Below the pieces are notes generated by a model. It saw nothing but the letters and a program-made list of their open reading frames with translations, did not search any database and was not told the origin of the DNA. The position numbers and the translations under genes were made by a program. A stretch of DNA of 64,000 bases from Candidatus Heimdallarchaeum endolithica (GTDB lineage Archaea > Asgardarchaeota > Heimdallarchaeia > Heimdallarchaeales > Heimdallarchaeaceae), in NCBI GenBank assembly GCA_021513715.1, contig CP084167.1, forward strand, positions 1,952,001 through 2,016,000, written 5' to 3'. This document shows positions 40,493 through 52,819 of the stretch, piece after piece. Every line of letters begins with the position of its first letter. Position 1 is the first letter of the stretch.

Positions 40493-41119
40493 CTATTTTT
40501 TAAATCGAACTAAGGTTCTTCCATTACAACTTGGACAACCATTTTGGAAACAGTGAATACAATAATTTTTTCCACATTTACTACATTTACCTATTGCTTT
40601 CTTCTTACAGATAGAACATTTTTTGAAAAACAATTTTGGATATACTTTAACACCACCATAAATTAAAATTAAGGATCCACCAATACTAGATAATACTATA
40701 ATAAATTTAAAGAAGTCAAAATTTCCCGATGGAGGAGAAGTTGTTGAAGAAACACCTTGAACATCATAAACCTCAACATTCTGATAATGTAACAATTTCC
40801 CTGCTAAATAACCATAATCTGGATCTGAAGCATCAAAACCTTCTTCTGGTGGTATATCAAAATTTCTTTTTTCACCGATCTTCATCCCAAGCATCCTATT
40901 GTACAATCCAATAGGTTTAATATTATTTTCATTAAACAATGTTTTTTTTGGTATCGAACTATCATAATATTCGATTGTCTTTCCATCAACAAGCAAATGA
41001 TACCCAAAAGATACTAAATCGTTATCCTGAAGTCCATTATCATAACCTTGAATTGGTATTGCAACAATAGCAGAAAAGAACAGAATAGCAAATACAAAGA
41101 GTTTATTTAGATATCTCAT
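40493..41119 (-). CDS. Membrane protein: signal peptide, FKBP-type PPIase-like domain, TM helix, C-terminal 8-Cys Zn finger
   Basis: DLVSFGYHLLVDG...LGMKIGEK...IPPEEGF...LAGKLL; TM helix; CSIC..CSKC..CIHC..CPSC. Confidence 0.8.
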   Translation of the reverse strand: MRYLNKLFVFAILFFSAIVAIPIQGYDNGLQDNDLVSFGYHLLVDGKTIEYYDSSIPKKTLFNENNIKPIGLYNRMLGMKIGEKRNFDIPPEEGFDASDPDYGYLAGKLLHYQNVEVYDVQGVSSTTSPPSGNFDFFKFIIVLSSIGGSLILIYGGVKVYPKLFFKKCSICKKKAIGKCSKCGKNYCIHCFQNGCPSCNGRTLVRFKK

Positions 41120-41345
41120 TGTTTTTCAAAAATATAATTAAATTAAAAAGATATCGAAAATGGTTTATTGCTAATAAAATTTTAACTATTTGTAAATTCA
41201 AATATTTATTCTAAAAAGACATGAAATAATTTTTACGTAAAAAATATTTTTTCAACAAAGAAGATATTAGAGAGAGGTCAAAAATGCATTTCAAAAACAA
41301 AAACACAAAATAACATAATAAAAGCGTCACAATTTTTCAGAGATA

Positions 41346-41353
41346 TTTATATA
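41346..41353 (+). promoter_or_regulatory. TATA box (TTTATATA) upstream of the candidate structured RNA
   Basis: Consensus archaeal TATA box starting 27 nt before the predicted RNA 5' end; a second TATA-like CTTATATA lies at 41363-41370. Confidence 0.55.
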
Positions 41354-41372
41354 CTAAAATCACTTATATAAA

Positions 41373-41632
41373 GTGTCTTGAGCTATATGCTTTAAGACGT
41401 AGGTTTCAGTCCTACGACAGCCGGACTTCCCTATGGGAGTGATGAGTGCCGGGATCAGGAGATGAACCAGTTAGAGAACTTATTGAGACTGTGTCTCTTG
41501 TTCTCTTAAACCAATCCTCACAATCAGATTGTGTTGCTTGGTTGGGTAGAGTCCTGAAGAAATTACGTAAAATTTCAACTCATGATGCTTTAAGGAGACC
41601 TAAACAACAAGGTTTTTTAACTTGCAGAACAC
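41373..41632 (+). ncRNA. Candidate unassigned structured non-coding RNA (~260 nt)
   Basis: GC-elevated intergenic island with at least 8 nested helices, G-U pairs favouring the + strand, an upstream TATA box and no credible ORF. Confidence 0.7.
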
Positions 41633-41692
41633 CCATCTAAAAATCTTATAAATATAAAATGTAAAAAAAAAATAAAAATGAAAGAAAGGAAA

Positions 41693-43603
41693 TTACCGTC
41701 TAGAGAGCAGAAAACCCACAATTCCAATTATAGCGACAAGAACTAATCCACCACCGACCCAAATCCAAACAGGAATTGGAGGTTTATACTCAATATTATT
41801 TTGGACTCTAGTTCCGCTAAAATCTGCAGTTTTTGCGTTAAAAGAAAATGAGTATAACCCCCCTTTCACGCTTTTTAACAGAATTTCACTTCCCCATCCG
41901 CCATATTTCTCCTCATTAAAAGTAAGATTATAGTAGTATATTCCTTTATCTCCAGTCAATATTAGTGTTACAAAATCAGCTCCATTAGCATTATAAATCT
42001 CAGTTTGATTATAAAATACAATATCTAAGTCACTTACCAGAAGTGTTCTTCCATCAAATGAGATCACTGGCTTATCTAATCTTAGTTTAAAATGTTCTAA
42101 GGTTTCTACTAGCACACTAGCTTGAGGACCTAAGCCAAATGGATCACCGTAAATAGTTGGATAATCCTCATCAACATATGCCAAGCAGAACAATATTTTC
42201 TTTACACTTTTTTCTGGTTCAACGTAAAATTTCTCTTCTGTTGTTTCATAAATTTCATAATCAACAAGTGTGTCATCTTTAGAAAAATATAAAGTTACAA
42301 CACCTAATCTTCTTTTTTCGTTATTAGTGATTCTAACATCCATAAATCTATTAAGTAGATTTATTTCAAATGTGTAAAAACCATAATATGGTACATCAAT
42401 CGTAGATGACAACTCAGTGTAAGTTTTTGATATTGGTTCGATGGTGAATGTAATATCTGTAAATCCAAACGTTCCATTAGCGAGGTCTGGTCTATCAATT
42501 AATAAAGCAACTTGCCAGTTATAAAAAAAGTCGTTAAAAGTTTCTCCTTTATCCTTTAATTCATCGTTTATTGATTCTTGTACAGGTCTAGTGTCATTAA
42601 CAAATTTTCTTATTATATCAGCTCCAAATTGCTCATAAATATAAAAAACAAAAAGATAAGCGCCACCATAATCAATTCGTACATCACGGTTTCCTTCAGA
42701 ATAATAGTTCCAATAAATCAAAGAATCATCAGATTGTTCTTTAAAGTAATTTTCACTCCAATAAGATACTCCATCATAATCTCCTGGCATTCGTCCAGTT
42801 ATATACTCTGAAAATACAGCACAACCTTCATCAAACCACCGCATTTCATCTTGATCATGATTGTAATGAATTAAATGTTGAAATTCGTGCGCTAAAGTGT
42901 CAGTGTAGTCAGCAATGCCACCAATAAATATCATTTCCCACTCATTAGACTTTAAATAAGAATAACCTTGTGCGTTTAGTTCTTCCTGTGTATGTTCATT
43001 AATTCCCCAGAAATATCCAGCATAGTCTGAGGGAAGGTAAGTATGAAGAATAATTAATCGACCATCTCCTATATTTCCTAAATTACCCTCCATATCTCCA
43101 AAAAAGTTATGTTCAATTGGATAAATTTTACTTTCAAATATGCTTTTTTCGCTGGTTATTAGATTATTTACACTATTTTTGCCATATTCATTAATCATAT
43201 CAACTTCTACAAAATAATATGCATGATCTGAAACAGCAATAACTTGTGCTTCTGCAATTCTAAAACTAATAGTATTACCCCCTTCGTCTACATAAAAATT
43301 CTTAGTGTCACCTACACTAAAAGAAGAAGTATAAGTTTTTGTTGCTTTTACCTCATGGCGAGAAATATGTTTGGTATTTTCAATGATTTCTTTTGGAACG
43401 CTATGAGTAATCACAAGTTCATTTTGAGATGAATCCTGAAAGTAATTTGTCACACTTTCTTCAAGCAGCTCATCAGTAATATCTTCTGTACTAGAATAAT
43501 AATTTGAATTCTCAAATAATGAATTTGACATAAAAAATTGTGAAAGAATAACAACAACAAATATTTTGGTTAACAAATAGTGTTTTTTAACAATTATTGC
43601 CAT
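41693..43603 (-). CDS. Secreted, C-terminally anchored zinc metallopeptidase (M30/immune inhibitor A-like)
   Basis: Signal peptide; AHEFQHLIH...WFDEG zincin motif; C-terminal TM helix. Confidence 0.8.
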   Translation of the reverse strand: MAIIVKKHYLLTKIFVVVILSQFFMSNSLFENSNYYSSTEDITDELLEESVTNYFQDSSQNELVITHSVPKEIIENTKHISRHEVKATKTYTSSFSVGDTKNFYVDEGGNTISFRIAEAQVIAVSDHAYYFVEVDMINEYGKNSVNNLITSEKSIFESKIYPIEHNFFGDMEGNLGNIGDGRLIILHTYLPSDYAGYFWGINEHTQEELNAQGYSYLKSNEWEMIFIGGIADYTDTLAHEFQHLIHYNHDQDEMRWFDEGCAVFSEYITGRMPGDYDGVSYWSENYFKEQSDDSLIYWNYYSEGNRDVRIDYGGAYLFVFYIYEQFGADIIRKFVNDTRPVQESINDELKDKGETFNDFFYNWQVALLIDRPDLANGTFGFTDITFTIEPISKTYTELSSTIDVPYYGFYTFEINLLNRFMDVRITNNEKRRLGVVTLYFSKDDTLVDYEIYETTEEKFYVEPEKSVKKILFCLAYVDEDYPTIYGDPFGLGPQASVLVETLEHFKLRLDKPVISFDGRTLLVSDLDIVFYNQTEIYNANGADFVTLILTGDKGIYYYNLTFNEEKYGGWGSEILLKSVKGGLYSFSFNAKTADFSGTRVQNNIEYKPPIPVWIWVGGGLVLVAIIGIVGFLLSRR

Positions 43604-43794
43604 AACCCCTTTATCTTATTAAAATATATAAATTATTATATTTTTAAAATCAATCAGCATGCAGACAATAACCTAAAGGGACTAATTGATATTTTTATTG
43701 GTTAAAAATCAAAAGCTTTTTATCAATTAGTAAATCAAGACAATTAAAGTTATTACACTAGTGTAAAGATTCAAAGTTTTTTTGGAGAGTAGAA

Positions 43795-46482
<2,688 letters not shown>

Positions 46483-46492
46483 GGTGAAAAAA

Positions 46493-49261
46493 ATGGCAGA
46501 CTATCTTACAACAAGGCAAATTAGTAATAGATTAAGAAAATTGAGAGAAGAAGGGATTCCACAGACCATTGTTGATGAATTAAAAGAAGAATTGAAAGGA
46601 AAAAAAGTGACAAAAAAACAAATGGATCTTATAATAAAAGAAATAGGGAAAAGCTATGAATTTGCACAAATTGACCCCGGTAGCGCAGTAGGAACAGTGG
46701 CAGCCCAATCAATAGGGGAACCTGGAACGCAAATGAGCATTCCTGGTAACGAGAAAGTAGTTGTAAAAATTGGAAGTAAAACAAAAATTATAGAAATTGG
46801 GGAGTTTATTGATGAATTACTAGAGAAGAATGAAAGCTACTTAATAGAAAACGAAACACAGACTGTTGTTTATGATTTACCCAATAACAATAATATTTAT
46901 GTGCTAGGAATAAATAACAACGAGAAAATAATTTGGCAACGAATTTTACAAGTAAGTAGACATTTACCTAATGGAAACTTATTACGAATAAAAACAAGAA
47001 CTGGCAGAACAATTACTGCAACATTTTCTCACTCTTTTGTTATTAGAAAAAATAATGAAATTGTACCAATAAAAGGAAGAGAGTTGCAATTGGGAGACAG
47101 ATTACCTGTTGTTTTAACTATTCCAGCTATGTCTCCAATTACAGAGTTGGAAGTTAGTGAGTATTTGCCACAGGAAGTATTGCATAATTCAGATTTAACT
47201 ATAACAATACCAATGGGAGAAAAATGGGAAGGAGGTTCTGGTAATGATTATACTGTATCAGAAACACAAGAAGATTTGTGGAGACCTATAAAAACGGAGA
47301 AAATAGAAGATCTAGAAGAAAAGACTTTTTATCCTAGAATTTATCAGAATACTAAAATAGTTATCCCAGAGAAAATCCCTCTCACAAATGATTTTGGATG
47401 GTTTATTGGAGCATACTTAGCAGAAGGGAATAATACAGGTACAAGAATCTCCATTTCAAATATCAACCATAATTACCTTAAAAAAGTTGAAAAATTCGCT
47501 AATTGGCTAAATATTCCAACTGCAACAACAAGTAAAAATAGTGAATTTGGATCTATTTTTAGTGTCCACCTTAACTCAATGCTTCTTGCAAAATTAATGA
47601 AAAGAATGTGTGGAAAAACTCCAAAAAGCAAATTTGTTCCAGGATGGACAATAAATACAAAAACAGAATTTATTGAACAATTACTTCGAGGATATTTTGA
47701 TGGAAAGGGAAGCGTTAGTACAGAAAAAGGTGTAATTATAGCTCATTCTAAATCAAAAGAATTACGTGATGGGATATGTCTTTTACTATCAAGATTGGGA
47801 ATTTTTGCCAAAAAAAGTAATAAAGGAAATGAATACATACTATCCATTCCTAGAAAATATGCAAAAATATTCCATTCAAGAATTGGCTCAGACATTGATT
47901 ATAAGGAAAGATCTTTGCTTCAGCTTCTCGAAAGAGAGAAATCAAAAGAAAAGAGAGATGAGTCTACTGATTTGATACCTGGATTAGGATCCATCTTTGG
48001 AGATATAAAAGAAAAACTAGACTTACACTCAAAAGTAATTCCTAGAACAAGTAAAGGGAAAACTATCGAGAGACAAACATGTGGACAATATATCCAAATG
48101 TTTTCCGAAGTAGCTGAAAAGAAAGGAATTAACATAGATAATGAACTTTCAATCCTAAAACAAGCGTATAATAGCGACGTAATGTGGGATGAAATTGTAA
48201 GTTTAGAGAAAATCGATTCGCCTACACATTATGTTTATGATTTTGGTGTTTCAGAACTTGAAACATTTATGACTGCAGAGGGGATAATAACACATAATAC
48301 TCTACAAACTTTCCATTATTCTGGTGTTGCAGAAATGTCTGTTCTTCGAGGTTTACCTCGATTAATAGAAATTGTTGATGCTAGAAAAAATCCTAGTACA
48401 CCAACTATGAAAATTCACTTAGATAAAATCGGAGAAAAGGATGAACAAATAGCTAAACAAGTTGCAAGAAGAATTGAGCTAACCACAGTTAACAATGTTG
48501 CTACCAGTATAAAACACAGCTTTGCAGAAGGATGTATTAAGATTAAATTAGAACCAGTATTACTAGAGGATAAAGGTATTGAAACTGAAACTATTGTCAA
48601 AAAGATTCAGAAGAAGAGAAGACGTATTAAAGTAGAAACAGACCCTGACGATGAATATACCATCATTGTAACACCAACAAAAGAACTAAAGTTTAATGAA
48701 TTACCAAAACTAGCAGAAAAAGTAAAAGATATACCTATTAAGGGACTAAAAAATATTTCTAGAGTAGTGGTTCTTAAAAATAAACAAGGAGAGTATTATC
48801 TTCAAAGTGAAGGGAGCAATTTCAGCGAATTGTTAAGAATACCTGGAGTTGATCCAACCAGATGCTATAGCAGTGATATAAATCAGATTGCAGAAACTTT
48901 AGGGATTGAAGCAGCGAGAAATGCACTCATCCAAGAATCTTTAGCAGTTATGAAAGAACAAGGATTAGATGTAGATAAAAGGCATGTAATGCTTGTTGCA
49001 GATCTGATGACCTTGGTTGGAGAAGTACAACAAATAGGGCGACATGGTGTTTCAGGAAAGAAAAGTTCTGTTTTCGCTAGGGCAGCTTTTGAAGTAACTG
49101 TAAAACATTTGTTAGAAGCTGCAATTCATGGAGAACATGAACCTCTAGAGGGAATTACAGAAAATGTAATAATAGGACAAACAATTGCTTTAGGAACAGG
49201 AATCGTTGATCTTACCATGAGTCCAAATTATAGAGAATTCGCTAAAAAAGAGGAAAACTAA
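46493..49261 (+). CDS. rpoA2: RNA polymerase subunit Rpo1C (A''), intein-containing
   Basis: AQSIGEPGTQM|intein|TLQTFH; GLPRLIE; RAAFE; GAGGTGA RBS before ATG 46493. Confidence 0.97.
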   Translation: MADYLTTRQISNRLRKLREEGIPQTIVDELKEELKGKKVTKKQMDLIIKEIGKSYEFAQIDPGSAVGTVAAQSIGEPGTQMSIPGNEKVVVKIGSKTKIIEIGEFIDELLEKNESYLIENETQTVVYDLPNNNNIYVLGINNNEKIIWQRILQVSRHLPNGNLLRIKTRTGRTITATFSHSFVIRKNNEIVPIKGRELQLGDRLPVVLTIPAMSPITELEVSEYLPQEVLHNSDLTITIPMGEKWEGGSGNDYTVSETQEDLWRPIKTEKIEDLEEKTFYPRIYQNTKIVIPEKIPLTNDFGWFIGAYLAEGNNTGTRISISNINHNYLKKVEKFANWLNIPTATTSKNSEFGSIFSVHLNSMLLAKLMKRMCGKTPKSKFVPGWTINTKTEFIEQLLRGYFDGKGSVSTEKGVIIAHSKSKELRDGICLLLSRLGIFAKKSNKGNEYILSIPRKYAKIFHSRIGSDIDYKERSLLQLLEREKSKEKRDESTDLIPGLGSIFGDIKEKLDLHSKVIPRTSKGKTIERQTCGQYIQMFSEVAEKKGINIDNELSILKQAYNSDVMWDEIVSLEKIDSPTHYVYDFGVSELETFMTAEGIITHNTLQTFHYSGVAEMSVLRGLPRLIEIVDARKNPSTPTMKIHLDKIGEKDEQIAKQVARRIELTTVNNVATSIKHSFAEGCIKIKLEPVLLEDKGIETETIVKKIQKKRRRIKVETDPDDEYTIIVTPTKELKFNELPKLAEKVKDIPIKGLKNISRVVVLKNKQGEYYLQSEGSNFSELLRIPGVDPTRCYSSDINQIAETLGIEAARNALIQESLAVMKEQGLDVDKRHVMLVADLMTLVGEVQQIGRHGVSGKKSSVFARAAFEVTVKHLLEAAIHGEHEPLEGITENVIIGQTIALGTGIVDLTMSPNYREFAKKEEN
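46736..48298 (+). mobile_element. Intein (521 aa) in the Rpo1C trigger-loop region
   Basis: Starts with Ser (SIPGNE) after GTQM; block B TFSHSF; LAGLIDADG-like FIGAYLAEG; ends VYDFGV...ITHN followed by Thr. Confidence 0.93.
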
Positions 49262-49989
49262 TCCTTCCCTTTTTTTAAATTTTGAAAGTGAATATGTGTA
49301 GGAACATGAACAAGAATATAATCTTTAGCTAATTCACTCAACTTTTTTGCTTCAAACAGAGTTAAATGATAATCTTCTTTTTTTTCAATGAATGTTGCTT
49401 CTATTAGTGCAAGGTCAACACCTTTAACTAGGATTTTTAGTTGGTCAAAATAGCCTGTATCTCCAGTATATAAAATTGTTTCATCTTTTTTTGATATTTT
49501 ATATCCTACAGCACTCAGTTTTTTCCCTGGAGGGCTTAAAGAACTTCTATGCTGTACTAAGAAAGATGTTATAGTAAAAGGTTTAAATTTAAAAGATTTA
49601 TCTGTTGTTTCTACATAATTAATATCAAAGGTTTGATGCGCCGTATTATATTCTGTAAAAACATTAATCATATTTTTAAGGTTGGAGTTGTCAGGAGGAG
49701 AGATAATAGTTAGAGTTTCACTTCTGTTCACCAATCTAAAAATAGAAAGTAGTGAAAATATCCCTCCAACATGATCAAAATGGCCATGAGTTATCGCAAT
49801 AGTATTTATTTTCTCAAAAATACGCCCTGGTAATTCTAACAGATCTCTAACTATTCCATCACCAGCGTCAACTAAAAGAAAACTTTCTTCTTTCCTACTC
49901 TGTATAAGTATTTGTGATGCAACACCAGCAACAGAAAATAGAACCTTTACATTAAATTCTTTTCCAACCCAATCCCAATTAACACTCAT
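49258..49989 (-). CDS. Metallo-beta-lactamase-fold hydrolase (RNase Z-like)
   Basis: LVDAGDG, THGHFDH, YTGDT and EAT...H motifs. Confidence 0.85.
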   Translation of the reverse strand: MSVNWDWVGKEFNVKVLFSVAGVASQILIQSRKEESFLLVDAGDGIVRDLLELPGRIFEKINTIAITHGHFDHVGGIFSLLSIFRLVNRSETLTIISPPDNSNLKNMINVFTEYNTAHQTFDINYVETTDKSFKFKPFTITSFLVQHRSSLSPPGKKLSAVGYKISKKDETILYTGDTGYFDQLKILVKGVDLALIEATFIEKKEDYHLTLFEAKKLSELAKDYILVHVPTHIHFQNLKKGKD

Positions 49990-50169
49990 AAAAAAAAGAA
50001 GACATTAATTCATATATACTTTTTTTATACTGTTTATTCAAAATATAATTACAATATCGATGTTTCACTTGCTATTACATTAAAAAAAGAGTATAATATT
50101 TAACAGTCTATATTTATCATAAAAGTTTTTTTAACAATATGTTTTTAAGAAGTATAAAATTAGTTTCTT

Positions 50170-50499
50170 GTGTCAATCTCTAATTTTCAAAAAAAGGTCG
50201 CATATATTGAAAAACAAATAGATGAAATTTCTACTATGGGAAACTACTGTATTGTAGGAGAAATAACAAAAATTGAAGACAATGGATTCCAATTATCTGA
50301 TGAAACAGGAGAAATTAAAGTAAAAGTTTCTGAAGGATCCGTCTATAAGGAGCTAGAAGAAGGAAATAAAGTTAGGATCTTTGGCAAAATAGAAAGTGAA
50401 CTGAAGATTATCAAAAGTGATATAATACAAAAACTTCATGATCTCGATTTAAATTTATACAGAAAAATGAGAATTATTGAAAAATCATTATTTGAGTAA
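50170..50499 (+). CDS. Single OB-fold protein, RPA14/Rpa3-like
   Basis: LSDETGEI, VRIFGK and IIQKLHDLDLNLY followed by a C-terminal helix. Confidence 0.7.
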   Translation: MSISNFQKKVAYIEKQIDEISTMGNYCIVGEITKIEDNGFQLSDETGEIKVKVSEGSVYKELEEGNKVRIFGKIESELKIIKSDIIQKLHDLDLNLYRKMRIIEKSLFE

Positions 50500-50534
50500 A
50501 AAAGAAGTATGCTGAATTTCATACTAAACTTAAT

Positions 50535-51692
50535 TTAGAGATTATAATCAATATCTTCGTATTCGAGTTCTTCATTATCTATTTGTTCTAGATATTCCTC
50601 AGAAATTTCAATTTTAGATTGGTCTTTAAATTTACTATGTGTTTTCCATATATGAATGATAAGTTCGTCTAGCTCTTTTGTAAGCAAGTCAATATTTTTA
50701 TTTTCCTTTGTGGAAATTTCAAAAGATGTATTAAACTTAGATTTAGCATTTTCAATTTCTTCATCAGACAATAAATCAATTTTATTTAATACACAAATAA
50801 TTGGTACTTGTGGAAAATTAGTTTTAATGTCATTCAACAAATTGATCTGTTCATCTGGTTCAAGGCTAGCATTATATGACACATCAAAGAGAATAATAAT
50901 TATATCAGATATATATTTAATTGTGGAAATACTCTGAAGCTCGATAATATTTCTCTCACCAAATGGCCTATCTAATATTCCAGGAGTGTCAACGATCTGT
51001 GCCATTGTAAAGAATAGATTGCGATGCCCAAAAATGATTTTCTTTGTTGTAAACGGATATTCTCCAATTTCAGGTTTTCCTGTTGAGATAGATCTTACTA
51101 GTGAAGACTTACCAACATTTGGAGCTCCAGCGACTACAACTGATGGAATAGTCATATCAAAATCAGGAATTGTTTTAGCTTTTTTAGTAACACGAATCAA
51201 ATATCTAATATCTCCTTTAGCTTTTTTTACTAAAGATGCAAAACGTCCATAAGCAGATTGTCTAATTTTAGCTGTTTGCTGAGGGTGTGTTGTCTCTTTT
51301 AATTTTTTTAATTCTTCTTTTTCTATTTTCTTTATTTGTTCAGAAATACCTTTTAATCTCCCCAAAATTTGTTTTATTTTGGCAACATCTCCAAAAACAG
51401 CACAAAGTGAGATATAAAATGGATGCATATCTTCAATCCATGGAAATTGTGAAATAATCTTTTCTAATTGAGTACAAATATATAAAGATAAAGTAGAAAT
51501 ACGTTTAACCTCTAAAGCCGCTATTTTTTCTTCTCTAGATTTTTTTCTACTTCTCTTTTGTTTAAATTGAACAGCAGCTGCTTTATTAAAACCCATTTTT
51601 AAGATTTCATTAACTGGAGGGATATAACCTACACGTCGAAAGGGATTTCCTTGATAACGATCATATTGCTTTGTTCTTGACACTAAGTACAC
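50535..51692 (-). CDS. Nog1-family GTPase
   Basis: GAPNVGKSS, YPFTTK, DTPGILDR and NKID motifs. Confidence 0.92.
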   Translation of the reverse strand: MYLVSRTKQYDRYQGNPFRRVGYIPPVNEILKMGFNKAAAVQFKQKRSRKKSREEKIAALEVKRISTLSLYICTQLEKIISQFPWIEDMHPFYISLCAVFGDVAKIKQILGRLKGISEQIKKIEKEELKKLKETTHPQQTAKIRQSAYGRFASLVKKAKGDIRYLIRVTKKAKTIPDFDMTIPSVVVAGAPNVGKSSLVRSISTGKPEIGEYPFTTKKIIFGHRNLFFTMAQIVDTPGILDRPFGERNIIELQSISTIKYISDIIIILFDVSYNASLEPDEQINLLNDIKTNFPQVPIICVLNKIDLLSDEEIENAKSKFNTSFEISTKENKNIDLLTKELDELIIHIWKTHSKFKDQSKIEISEEYLEQIDNEELEYEDIDYNL

Positions 51693-52819
51693 CTTATTTG
51701 TTCTAAAATTTCTGGTTTGATAGGATGATCGAAGTATTTCTCCAGGTTTTTAATAACTTCTTTTCTCTTTAAAGTGAATTTATCTTGATATTCACAAACT
51801 AGGTTGTAAAGTTTTGGTTTACAGTCTTTTCCACATATTAATTTTCCATTTTTACATTGGGTTCTTATTTGCTCTAGCTCTTCATCATCCCTAATAAAGA
51901 AAGTTTCAAACCAGTTAAATACGGTACATTTTTCAGGAACCCCACCCAATTCTTTTTGCTCTTTTAATGTGTCTCGTCCACCAGTCAACGCACTCATAAT
52001 TTTCTTTTTTATTGTTTTCTTATCATCTCTTATGTATACACATGTTTCTGGAATTGATGATGACATTGGACCACCTGTTAGTCCTTTCAAATATTTTACA
52101 TAAATTGAGGCGGGAGCTGTAATTTTTCTTTTACCTGCAACATCCCTAGTTAGTCTCATATATACATCTTGATCTAGACCAATAGGTACAACTACAGGAA
52201 AATTGTAGTCAACGCTAGGTTGAAGGATATGAGCTGCTTGCACACAAGAATAGAAAACAGTTCCTGCATTTTCTTCTCCTGAAAAACCTAATGCGGCTTT
52301 AATTGAATTATAAGTAAGATTAACTGAAAAATCAAGGGCCAATCTGTATATTCTGGGGGTTTCACTTGATAAATAGCAATGAACATTGTCTGGTTCAAAA
52401 CCTAATGCAAAAATGTCTATTGCATTCTCAATTGCCAATTTATATGTTTCATTATTCAATGCTTTTAATTTCCTAAAAACATATTTTTCATCATCTGACA
52501 AAGGCATAAAAAACTTACATCCGAACTTTTTTTGCAATTCCAATATCAGCTCAAAAACAATAAGGTGGCCAATATGCAGATCATTTGACGGTCCACGACC
52601 ACTTATTATTGCCCAATCAAGACCATTTTTTGCACGTTCAAGAATTTTATTAAAATCTCTATGTGCAATTACAATTTTTCTTCTGAAAAAGAAAATATCT
52701 TGTTCTATTTCTGATTGAAGTTTATCTATTTCTTCAATCCCAAATTCTCGCATAATGTTTTCGTAATCAGTTCTTTTTCTAATATCATAGTTACTATTCT
52801 GTTTCACATTTATCACCAA
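51683..52819 (-). CDS. trpS: Tryptophanyl-tRNA synthetase
   Basis: GRGPS..LHIGH, PIGLDQD, MSSS and TGGR.T..EQ motifs. Confidence 0.93.
   Translation of the reverse strand: MVINVKQNSNYDIRKRTDYENIMREFGIEEIDKLQSEIEQDIFFFRRKIVIAHRDFNKILERAKNGLDWAIISGRGPSNDLHIGHLIVFELILELQKKFGCKFFMPLSDDEKYVFRKLKALNNETYKLAIENAIDIFALGFEPDNVHCYLSSETPRIYRLALDFSVNLTYNSIKAALGFSGEENAGTVFYSCVQAAHILQPSVDYNFPVVVPIGLDQDVYMRLTRDVAGKRKITAPASIYVKYLKGLTGGPMSSSIPETCVYIRDDKKTIKKKIMSALTGGRDTLKEQKELGGVPEKCTVFNWFETFFIRDDEELEQIRTQCKNGKLICGKDCKPKLYNLVCEYQDKFTLKRKEVIKNLEKYFDHPIKPEILEQIRCT

Noticed and set aside
41373-41632. Assignment of the structured region as RNase P, SRP RNA, group I intron, hammerhead or cobalamin riboswitch
   Set aside because: Minus-strand GGGAAGTCCGG resembles RNase P CR-I but has no downstream CR-V partner. 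There is no SRP helix-8 motif, CTGAAGA lacks the hammerhead GAAA core, and there is no host exon. G-U pairs favour the + strand.
41446-41640. 64-aa GTG-initiated ORF
   Set aside because: No protein motif; the region is better explained by extensive RNA base-pairing. Not fully excluded.
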